A stretch of 44,649 nucleotides of DNA, taken from positions 1-44,649 of IMG/VR virus record IMGVR_UViG_3300009135_000004. One strand, given 5' to 3'. Shown here one piece after another: positions 1-6,402 of the stretch. Below the pieces are notes generated by a model. It saw only the letters and a list, made by a program, of their open reading frames with translations. It made no database searches and was not told the DNA's origin. Source of the stretch: a virus. Position 1 is the first letter of the stretch. Each line of letters begins with the position of its first letter. Both the position numbers and the translations under genes were made by a program.

Positions 1-77
1 GTAGCCGCCTCACTTCTTCCTCAAGCTCGGCGATGCGGGCGGCTTGCTCTAAAAATGCGTCAGCAAGCGGGATGTAA
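1..77. repeat. Terminal overlap: bases 1-77 are identical to 44573-44649, indicating a circularly closed or terminally redundant assembly
   Basis: Read directly. The same 77-mer (gtagccgcctcacttcttcc...cagcaagcgggatgtaa) is at both ends, and a minus-strand ORF is continuous across the junction. Confidence 0.9.
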
Positions 78-178
78 TCCTCGGTCGCATCACCTGTGTG
101 ATCCCACAAGTAGGGCTTGGTATACTCACCGGAATCATCCTTCACTGGATGCCACCACGGCGTTTCTTGCTCACTCAT
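1..178 (-). CDS. N-terminal part of a small protein whose gene wraps the contig ends (continues 44572..44367; about 127 aa in the circle). Member of the RIAELE / AQLK paralog family.
   Basis: ATG at 178..176 overlaps the upstream stop (ATGAGTGA). Translation MSEQETPWWHPVKDD...ARIAELEEEVRRL runs off base 1 and continues in frame into ORF 44367..44585 (QDIKRTCEC...). Confidence 0.6.
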   Translation of the reverse strand, partial: MSEQETPWWHPVKDDSGEYTKPYLWDHTGDATEDYIPLADAFLEQAARIAELEEEVRRL

Positions 179-440
179 CTGCTTGCTCCATTTGCCGGTT
201 GTAATCTTCTGCCTCATACATGGTTACCTCCGCCTCAAGCTCGGCGATGCGGGCGTCACGCTCTGCGATCTTGGCAACGTGACCCGCAACGTGCATGGCA
301 CTCACGACCACCGCATCGGCGGGGTCGATGTTGTCGGGGACGCGGAGGTAGGGAGTGTCGCCCGCGTCTTCGCTTCCGGCAAACATCAAGGCACCACCTA
401 TCTTGTTAATGAAGATTAGATTAAACATTCCATCAGTCAT
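171..440 (-). CDS. Hypothetical small protein (89 aa), RIAELE-family paralog
   Basis: Track ORF 171..572 trimmed to the ATG at 440. That ATG sits in a conserved junction (AAGGAGCAAGCAGATGACTGA) overlapping the upstream stop. Contains ARIAELEAEV and ends ...QMEQADE. Confidence 0.6.
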   Translation of the reverse strand: MTDGMFNLIFINKIGGALMFAGSEDAGDTPYLRVPDNIDPADAVVVSAMHVAGHVAKIAERDARIAELEAEVTMYEAEDYNRQMEQADE

Positions 441-669
441 CTGCTTGCTCCTTGAGTTGGGCGGCGAGGGCGTGGATGTGTGCCGTGTACGCAGATGCGT
501 CAGTGGAGATGATCGCCTCCACCAACTCCCGCGACTTGTCCTCGCGGGCCTCAAGTTCAGCGATCTTGTCACGCTGGCTCAACTCAAGGTCAGACGCTGG
601 CCTGCGGTCGGTGGTGCTGTTGCTTCCGCTCAGACACACCTCGTCAAAGTCGTTGATGTATTCAGTCAT
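433..669 (-). CDS. Hypothetical small protein (78 aa), RIAELE-family paralog
   Basis: Trimmed to the junction ATG at 669 (MTEYINDFDE...). Contains DKIAELEARE and ends AAQLKEQADD, with its stop overlapping the next start. Confidence 0.6.
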   Translation of the reverse strand: MTEYINDFDEVCLSGSNSTTDRRPASDLELSQRDKIAELEAREDKSRELVEAIISTDASAYTAHIHALAAQLKEQADD

Positions 670-862
670 CTTGCTGCTCCTTGAGTTGGGCGTACTCGCC
701 GTAGGGGTCCATGTCGATCTGCTTGGGGTCGCCACCGATCCGGCGGTAATGCTGACCACCATCGACAAAGCAGGCTCCGCAGGGACACGCAATTAAGTCG
801 TGGACGTGCTTCGACTCGATGATGGTGTTGCACTTGAGGCATTTAATCGCGTTGCGTGGCAT
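662..862 (-). CDS. Small zinc-ribbon-like protein (66 aa)
   Basis: CLKC...CPCGAC cysteine pairs followed by FVDGGQHYRR. Ends AQLKEQQDD in the same junction cassette. Confidence 0.6.
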   Translation of the reverse strand: MPRNAIKCLKCNTIIESKHVHDLIACPCGACFVDGGQHYRRIGGDPKQIDMDPYGEYAQLKEQQDD

Positions 863-1088
863 CTTGTTGCTCCGGCAAGGGAGGCAGGCCTTCGACGCCT
901 TGCTCTCCGAGGATACGGGTAAGCTCCGTGGCCGCCTTGCACCAGATCGCCGACTGACGGTGGGCGTCAGCAGCTTGGTCCCGGAGGCTTTGGGCTAGTT
1001 TGATTGCGTCTTCAAGTTCAGACTGAACCTGAGCCAACTCCTCTTGTTCAGGAGTCGGGCTTTCCGAGGATGATCTCAGTGGTGACAA
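843..1088 (-). CDS. Hypothetical protein (81 aa)
   Basis: Only ATG-initiated ORF in this slot. Helical-looking, non-repetitive composition. The start overlaps the upstream gene by 41 nt, so the start is uncertain. Confidence 0.45.
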   Translation of the reverse strand: MSPLRSSSESPTPEQEELAQVQSELEDAIKLAQSLRDQAADAHRQSAIWCKAATELTRILGEQGVEGLPPLPEQQDATQRD

Positions 1089-1422
1089 AGTTGTTTCCCT
1101 TCTTTTTGATGACGCGCAAAGGAAGGCCAGTGCGGGCTGACCATGCAGCCATGACCTTTCGGAATCCGTCAGTCATGACTCCCTTGACATCCACAAAGTA
1201 GGCGTCTTCGGGCTCGATGACCATGAAGTCGGGACGATACCACAGGTCACCGGCGAGGTGAACCTTCGGTTGGTCACAGTAGTCGATCACGTCGCCGGAA
1301 CGGACAAGCAAGTCGAGATGCTGAGCATATAACATCTCGGCCTTGCTGTCGTAAGTCCGTCCCTTGTACGTCCTGCGGTCAGCAGGAGCGACGTTGTACT
1401 TATTGCGTGACCAGTTGCCCAA
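1048..1422 (-). CDS. DUF1064-family PD-(D/E)XK-type nuclease (putative recombination/resolvase-like protein)
   Basis: Family-typical pattern: TYDSKAEMLYAQHLDLL...G.I......YRPDFMVIE...FVDVKG....F..K. Confidence 0.7.
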   Translation of the reverse strand: MGNWSRNKYNVAPADRRTYKGRTYDSKAEMLYAQHLDLLVRSGDVIDYCDQPKVHLAGDLWYRPDFMVIEPEDAYFVDVKGVMTDGFRKVMAAWSARTGLPLRVIKKKGNNFVTTEIILGKPDS

Positions 1423-1666
1423 TGTTGTGCTTGTCCTTGAGAATGCGGAGTGCCGATTTCGTCGTAGACTGATACTTTAGGCAAGTGATCTGCATTTCGT
1501 CAAGCAGAAGCTTGAACGTGCCATAGCTGACCGTGAGGCGTGTTGCTCCGATGGTCGCACGCAGAGCCTCGGAGACGCTCATTGTTTTGAACACCTCGCG
1601 GTTCTGCCACATGTAATCGCCGATGCAGACAACTTGGTTGGTAGTGAGTTTGTTTCGAGTAGCCAT
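1400..1666 (-). CDS. Hypothetical protein (88 aa)
   Basis: ATG-initiated ORF with non-repetitive composition. Overlaps the primase 3' end by 88 nt. Confidence 0.45.
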   Translation of the reverse strand: MATRNKLTTNQVVCIGDYMWQNREVFKTMSVSEALRATIGATRLTVSYGTFKLLLDEMQITCLKYQSTTKSALRILKDKHNIGQLVTQ

Positions 1667-2451
1667 TCGCGTAAGTCCTTCCCCTTTGAGGGGTAAAAGA
1701 TGCTGCCATAAGAGTATTGAGAGATCAGCTCGTTGGCAGCGTCACGAGCATGTTCCCTGTTAGCGTTGGTGTCGGCATCGAGTATCTGGTGGATTTCCGT
1801 GGGCTTGAGCCACTGGAACATCTCCATGATCTCGGGGTTGCCGGTGGTCGAACTGGGCCGACCAATGATGTTGAGCCCTTTTGTCCAGCCGACAAACGAG
1901 TCTGACGCACCATCGACGATGAGGATGGATGCTCGCTTGACGAGGCTCTGGGGATGGTAGAAGAGCCCATTCCTTGACCCGGAGACAGCGTACTTGAAGC
2001 CGTCATAATTCCGGAGGCGAAGCCCTACGACTTTCCCTTGCGCGTCCCTCATCGGGAAGGTCCAGCAGCCTAGAGAGTTGCAGGAAGTCCCCATGTCGTT
2101 GAGTTGACGGCTGGTGAGGTAGCCGACGCCCCAGTCTTTGAGTTCGTCCACCGAACTGCCCAGAAGCCGAGACAGGGGTCTGAGATGACGGCGAGGAGCG
2201 GTTGCCGACATTCCCATGGCCTTGTCCCAGTTCTGGACGGGGCGGTTTTGCTGTTGCTGTGGTGGCGGCGTAACGCCGTCGAAGTTGTGGCGATGGAAGA
2301 AGCCCACGCCCGCACGGTCCTTCTTTTGGCTGAAGGAGCCGTCTCCGACCTGTGTGCATTTCACAATGCCGTCAGCGGGGTTGAGCGTGCAGTAGTGCGA
2401 GCTACCGCAGATGGGGCATGGAAGTGCCGAACTTGCTTGCATCCAAGTCAT
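1579..2451 (-). CDS. DnaG-type primase-like protein: N-terminal Zn-ribbon plus TOPRIM domain, no helicase domain
   Basis: CPICGSSHYC...VKC zinc ribbon. ILIVDGASDSF and ILDADTNANREHA TOPRIM acidic motifs. KGKDLREWL near the C-terminus. Start set to the ATG at 2451, 4 nt after the upstream stop. Confidence 0.65.
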   Translation of the reverse strand: MTWMQASSALPCPICGSSHYCTLNPADGIVKCTQVGDGSFSQKKDRAGVGFFHRHNFDGVTPPPQQQQNRPVQNWDKAMGMSATAPRRHLRPLSRLLGSSVDELKDWGVGYLTSRQLNDMGTSCNSLGCWTFPMRDAQGKVVGLRLRNYDGFKYAVSGSRNGLFYHPQSLVKRASILIVDGASDSFVGWTKGLNIIGRPSSTTGNPEIMEMFQWLKPTEIHQILDADTNANREHARDAANELISQYSYGSIFYPSKGKDLREWLLETNSLPTKLSASAITCGRTARCSKQ

Positions 2452-2455
2452 GTCA

Positions 2456-2845
2456 TCAGTCCTCGCTTTTATCTGAGTCTCGGTACTCTCGGTATTCTCG
2501 GACTTCTCGAATGACATCTTGAACCACAGACATCAGTTCGGGGCTTTGGAGCGAAGTGATCTTGGCAAAAAATTGAAAGGGGGTTTTCAGGTAAGCGAGA
2601 TTTGTCACAAGATTATTGGCTGTCCCAAAAGGCCCGCCATGCTTGCTGAACCTTTCTGGCTTCGCCTGACTACCGTCAGGGAAGGAGTGCAGAGGGAAGG
2701 TTTTTTCTAGCTCTTTTAATGCGGCATTGCCTTCCAAGGCTGCATCAGAAAAGGTGTCGAAGACGCCCAGCGTGACTGTTTGAGAGCCGGGGCCGCGATC
2801 GACTCTTGGGTATCGAAACTCAATTTGAAGTAAATATCTTGTCAC
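2456..2845 (-). CDS. Hypothetical protein (129 aa)
   Basis: GTG at 2845 preceded by GGAG with 6-nt spacing, just after the upstream stop at 2847. The longer track ORF (to 2962) has a low-complexity out-of-frame-looking N-terminus. Confidence 0.5.
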   Translation of the reverse strand: MTRYLLQIEFRYPRVDRGPGSQTVTLGVFDTFSDAALEGNAALKELEKTFPLHSFPDGSQAKPERFSKHGGPFGTANNLVTNLAYLKTPFQFFAKITSLQSPELMSVVQDVIREVREYREYRDSDKSED

Positions 2846-2846
2846 A

Positions 2847-3023
2847 TTAGACTCCGCGGGCTTGAAGGAAGGTGTCTCGTTTGAATCGCGGGTTGGAGGT
2901 GGAGCAAGCCACCATGACCTCGTTGACGCAGCGAAGCCACTGGTCGTAGGCGGGGCCATCACTTTCGTAAGGCCGTGAGGCCTTCATCGCTTGAGCGATC
3001 AGGGTGAAGTGTCTTCGGTACAT
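2847..3023 (-). CDS. Hypothetical small protein (58 aa)
   Basis: ATG at 3023 preceded by CACCAAGGAGACATT (strong SD). Translation begins MYRRHFTLIAQAMK... Confidence 0.5.
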   Translation of the reverse strand: MYRRHFTLIAQAMKASRPYESDGPAYDQWLRCVNEVMVACSTSNPRFKRDTFLQARGV

Positions 3024-3070
3024 AATGTCTCCTTGGTGAAAGAGTGTGGCCGGGTATCCCCTTGCCACGC

Positions 3071-3316
3071 CTAAAAAACCCTTTGGACCAGAGTGCAGTT
3101 GATGATAAAAGGCTGAGAGTTGGCGAGAAATCGCCCTCGCTTTGTTGAAAATACCCTGTCGCAGCCCTCTGCATTGTCCTTCTTCATCTTCGTAATCACG
3201 ACTTGTACAGATGTATCCTTTTGCATCGTAACCAAGAAGTCTCCCGGCTCTAGCCTGAGCATCCTGTGGTGAAGTGATTCTTTTTCGAGATATCCTTTTT
3301 TGCGTCCTCTGGGCAT
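3071..3316 (-). CDS. Hypothetical basic protein (81 aa)
   Basis: ATG at 3316 preceded by the same leader CTTTCACCAAGGAGACACT as the gene at 3023. Translation begins MPRGRKKGYLEKE... Confidence 0.5.
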   Translation of the reverse strand: MPRGRKKGYLEKESLHHRMLRLEPGDFLVTMQKDTSVQVVITKMKKDNAEGCDRVFSTKRGRFLANSQPFIINCTLVQRVF

Positions 3317-3334
3317 AGTGTCTCCTTGGTGAAA

Positions 3335-3403
3335 GCCACGGGGAGGAGTCGAACCTCCCGTGCAACGCAACATCCGTGAAAGCGTCACACGCCCTGCCGT
3401 GGC
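3335..3403 (-). other. tRNA-like element (perfect 7-bp acceptor stem plus T-arm) lacking a canonical anticodon arm; degenerate tRNA or att-like relic
   Basis: Minus strand: GCCACGG ... GGAGG-TTCGACT-CCTCC-CCGTGGC, 69 nt. The D and anticodon regions do not fold canonically (best anticodon stem 3 bp; no U33). Confidence 0.3.
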
Positions 3404-3470
3404 AAAACCCGACTCGGGAAGGTGGAACTACACGTTCCGTCGGGAGCCTTGCGTTTAATCCCGAGTCGAG

Positions 3471-3507
3471 GAAAACCGCCGTACCCCATGTCAGAGTACG
3501 ACGGCGG
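3471..3507 (-). terminator. Possible intrinsic terminator after ssb
   Basis: Minus strand: CCGCCGT...ACGGCGG (7-bp GC stem with an inner GTAC/GTAC pairing) followed by TTTTCC. The U-tract is short. Confidence 0.35.
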
Positions 3508-3518
3508 AAAGAATCTTC

Positions 3519-3884
3519 TTAGAAGGGAGGGTCTTCTACAAAGGTTCCAGCGGCGACCGTCGCCGGGCTGTTGTTGTCGCGGGTCTTGACGAACTCGAAG
3601 TCATCGGCTTTCAGCTTGACAGCCTGACGCTTCTCGCCGTCCTTCTCCCAACGCTCTTGAACGAGACGGCCCACGATGTAGACCTTGTCGCCCTTGGCGT
3701 GATAGTTGGCAAAGGCTTCTGCACCCTTGCCCCACATCTCGCAGTTGAAGAAGTTAGCGGACTTGTCTTTGTCCTTCTGGAACGGGTCATTGCAGGCGAT
3801 ACTGAAGTTGACCTTGGTCGTCTCGCCAATCTTGACGACTTCGGGGTCTTGGGTAAGGTTGGCTACGCCATTGAAACGAATCAT
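3519..3884 (-). CDS. ssb: Single-stranded DNA-binding protein (OB fold)
   Basis: Typical SSB N-terminus (NGVANLTQDPEV...FSIA), internal W and F residues, and an acidic C-terminal tip ...FVEDPPF. ATGA-coupled to the upstream annealase gene. Confidence 0.85.
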   Translation of the reverse strand: MIRFNGVANLTQDPEVVKIGETTKVNFSIACNDPFQKDKDKSANFFNCEMWGKGAEAFANYHAKGDKVYIVGRLVQERWEKDGEKRQAVKLKADDFEFVKTRDNNSPATVAAGTFVEDPPF

Positions 3885-4555
3885 TTTGTCTCCTTTGGAG
3901 CGGTTTTGATTGCAAGCTCTTTGATCTTAGCGGCTTGCTCTGCGTCGAACGTCTCGAAGGGAACCAGTTTCCCGTCGTTGAATGATTTGATGGCCGCTTG
4001 GATGTGCTCCACAGCGTCATGTTTGCCAAGGTTGTGTTCCTTGACGATGGCAGCGAACAGGTCTGCTCGTGCCTTCTTGTGGTTGAACGGAGCCTCGACA
4101 CGGGTCTGGTCATCCTCGTAGAGGGCGAGGCCAAAGCGGTCGCCGATCTTCATGCAGGCACGCTTGAGAGCGTCTGTCTCGGCAGTCTTGGCCGCGAACT
4201 CGTGAGCCTCTGCCGTGTTGAACACGGGCATGGAGCTTGAGCCACCGCCTACGCCGTCGTGCTGGACTTTGTAGAGGGTGTCGTTGGGGCCGGGGATTTC
4301 AACGGCGACCTGAACGATGCAGGTGTACGCTACTTCGACCATTTCCTTGCCGTTTCGGTCATAAGGCCTTGTCAAGACAGGCTTGAGTTCGGCGACTTGG
4401 TTGCTCCAGCGGAAGCCGAAGACCTTGTTCATCTCGTTGATGACATCGTGGCCTTGGAGAAACGCGAGTCCCTTTTTGGCCCCGGTGTTGGAGCCGAAGG
4501 TTTTGACGCGGGATGCGTCGAGGGGAGCTTGGAGTTGTTTGATGAGATCGCTCAA
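3881..4555 (-). CDS. Rad52/Sak-type single-strand annealing protein
   Basis: Motifs AFLQGHDVINEMNKVFGFRWS ... DGVGGG ... HEFAAKTAETDALKRACMKIGDRFGLALY. TTG start at 4555 overlaps the exonuclease stop (TTGA). Confidence 0.75.
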   Translation of the reverse strand: MSDLIKQLQAPLDASRVKTFGSNTGAKKGLAFLQGHDVINEMNKVFGFRWSNQVAELKPVLTRPYDRNGKEMVEVAYTCIVQVAVEIPGPNDTLYKVQHDGVGGGSSSMPVFNTAEAHEFAAKTAETDALKRACMKIGDRFGLALYEDDQTRVEAPFNHKKARADLFAAIVKEHNLGKHDAVEHIQAAIKSFNDGKLVPFETFDAEQAAKIKELAIKTAPKETK

Positions 4556-5187
4556 AACAGGATGTCCTTTTCGTCAGGGGTGTCGGGGGGTGGGGTCTTG
4601 GTAACAATGTAGTTCTCCCAGAACTCCTCAATCTTACAGAGGAGCATCTGGCCAACGTGTTCCTTGTATGGAACGCGATACAGAAGCGTGCCTCGCCCTT
4701 GGAGATCGAGCAGGCCGATGAAGCCGTCTGTGATCTCCATGCTGTCTTCGAGAGCGAGGAGGTGCATCTGCTGTTGTAGTTGGTAGTAAACGTGGATGGG
4801 TATCTCGTCAGAGCCGCCCTTGCCGTAGTGGGCGTGGTAAGGCAGGCTCCCGCTGAGTCCAATGGTCTTGATGTCCATGGGAGCGGAGACGAACTTCCGT
4901 CGCTTGTAGGAGCCGTCAACGACAAGGGCGTCAAGAGTCGCTCCAGCGTGCTCGTGCCGCAAGTGCTTCTGGACGTAATTGGGGTCGTGTGACCCCTTGA
5001 GGTACTCCTCGCAAAAGTAGTTGGTGAGCCCGTCCTCGATATGGTTACCCAGCGAGGCGGCTTTGCCGGGCTTCTTGTCCTCGGTGAGGCCCATCTTCTC
5101 GTTGAAGATGTCGATGGGTTTCTTGAAGGGGTGGACTTCCAGAAGTGCTGCGACTTCAGAAGCACCTATAAATTCAGTGCGGTCCAT
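4552..5187 (-). CDS. YqaJ/lambda-Exo-like recombination exonuclease (PD-(D/E)XK)
   Basis: FIGASEVAALL...PIDIFNEKMG N-terminal YqaJ pattern. Sits immediately upstream of the annealase and SSB. Start trimmed to the ATG at 5187 (MDRTEFIG...). Confidence 0.7.
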   Translation of the reverse strand: MDRTEFIGASEVAALLEVHPFKKPIDIFNEKMGLTEDKKPGKAASLGNHIEDGLTNYFCEEYLKGSHDPNYVQKHLRHEHAGATLDALVVDGSYKRRKFVSAPMDIKTIGLSGSLPYHAHYGKGGSDEIPIHVYYQLQQQMHLLALEDSMEITDGFIGLLDLQGRGTLLYRVPYKEHVGQMLLCKIEEFWENYIVTKTPPPDTPDEKDILF

Positions 5188-5228
5188 GGTAAACTCGTGG
5201 TGATTAGTGAATGAAGAGAGTATAGCAG

Positions 5229-5849
5229 ATGGCCAAGAAAAAGCAAAAAGAACTTCGTGCGACGGACCACCAATGGACTTTTGCAAGTGATTACGTGCGG
5301 AATCGGTCCATGTTGTCGGCTTTTGAGGCCGCGTACCCGAAGCACGGGCCGAAGCCAATGCACCGCAAGCGGTCGATGGCCAAGCGAATCTTCGCACAAA
5401 AGGGGACTCAGTTAGCCATTAAGGAGCTGACTGAGGATGTCCGCCGTGCAGAGAAGCTGACCGTCGAGAGCCACATGGCCAAGCTTGGCGAGATTGGCGA
5501 AGCGGCTTACAAGGACGGCAAGTGGACTGCGGCCCTGAAAGCGGAAGAGCTTCGCGGTAAGTGTGCTGGGTTCTACGTCGAGCGGTCGATGAACGTGTCG
5601 GTGACCACCTCGGTAGACCAGATCAAGTCTCAGATGGAAGCTCTTCTGGAACAACATCCTCAGATGGCTCAGGTGATGGGAGTGGAACCCCCAAGGATTC
5701 TAATAGATCGTCAAGCACATGAGACGGAAGTGGTATCCGTGGAGTCTCTGGAACCTTCAGATCAATCGGATCAATCGTATAGTCAGCCAGAGACAGGCGA
5801 AGATACGGATATTCCGGAGTCCGACTCAGAGACGTGGTCCACAGACTGA
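5229..5849 (+). CDS. terS: Terminase small subunit (Terminase_2-like)
   Basis: Pattern ...F.SDYV...S...AFEAAYP...A.RIF....TQLAIKEL...KLTVESHMAKLGEI...AALKAEELRGKCAGFYVER matches the small-terminase HTH plus oligomerisation layout. It is the lone plus-strand gene inside minus-strand blocks. Confidence 0.65.
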   Translation: MAKKKQKELRATDHQWTFASDYVRNRSMLSAFEAAYPKHGPKPMHRKRSMAKRIFAQKGTQLAIKELTEDVRRAEKLTVESHMAKLGEIGEAAYKDGKWTAALKAEELRGKCAGFYVERSMNVSVTTSVDQIKSQMEALLEQHPQMAQVMGVEPPRILIDRQAHETEVVSVESLEPSDQSDQSYSQPETGEDTDIPESDSETWSTD

Positions 5850-6402
5850 CTGCGATGCCCGCGATGATGTTGCTGGTGAACAGCACGCTACGGGCGGTGC
5901 AGGGCTCGGGGTGAGCTTCCTCATTGGAGAAGAGGGTTGTCTTGTACTTCTCGTAGCCGTCGTTCTCGTCGTTGACAAAGTACGCCTGAGCATTCAGCCC
6001 TGACATACGGGTGTCAATGATGGGTACGGACTCTTCCTTGCACAGGCCAAAGAGGTCTTGCCGGGCGGTCATGCAGTCTACGCAGGCGAAGACAGCGGTG
6101 TAGTCCGAGATGCGAAAGCCGGGGCCGAACTTCTTGTTGTGGGCGTAGATGTGCATTTCGGGGTTAATGGCGAGCATGTCGGATTCAGTCGCCTCTACCT
6201 TGGGGAGCCGAAGTTGGTCGGGCCGGTAGCCCTGTGCTCCCATGTTGACTTCCTCGACCGTGTCGAAGTCGCATAGCTCGACGGAGCCAACGCCCATTGC
6301 AGCGAGCTGGAGGGCGACCTGACGGCCTATGGCTCCGACGCCGAGGACAAGGACATGGCTGTTGAGAAGCCTCTGAGGGCTAACCAGCCCCGAGTATCTC
6401 AT
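5623..6402 (-). CDS. ThiF/MoeB/E1-like Ubl-activating (adenylating) enzyme
   Basis: Rossmann motif VLVLGVGAIGRQVALQLAAMGVGSVELCDFDTVEEVNMGAQGY. Also INPEM...VFACVDCMTARQ and a later Cys (PEPCTARS). ATG at 6402 overlaps the JAB stop (ATGA). Upstream ATGs at 6432 and 6483 are alternatives. Confidence 0.8.
   Translation of the reverse strand: MRYSGLVSPQRLLNSHVLVLGVGAIGRQVALQLAAMGVGSVELCDFDTVEEVNMGAQGYRPDQLRLPKVEATESDMLAINPEMHIYAHNKKFGPGFRISDYTAVFACVDCMTARQDLFGLCKEESVPIIDTRMSGLNAQAYFVNDENDGYEKYKTTLFSNEEAHPEPCTARSVLFTSNIIAGIAVSLWTTSLSRTPEYPYLRLSLADYTIDPIDLKVPETPRIPLPSHVLDDLLESLGVPLPSPEPSEDVVPEELPSET

Noticed and set aside
1-77. Interpreting the 77-nt end repeat as a biological direct terminal repeat or LTR
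   Set aside because: It is an exact copy, lies inside a continuous ORF, and is of a size typical of assembler k-mer overlap. T7-like terminal repeats are usually longer and intergenic. This cannot be excluded without reads.
3335-3403. Calling this a functional tRNA gene
   Set aside because: The acceptor and T arms are perfect. However, no 5-bp anticodon stem, U33 or canonical D loop can be drawn, and the length is only 69 nt. It is kept as a tRNA-like element only.
4359-5165. 268-aa alternative-frame minus ORF across the exonuclease/annealase genes
   Set aside because: Its S/T/R/P-rich translation is typical of an off-frame reading. The other frames contain recognisable YqaJ- and Rad52-type motifs.
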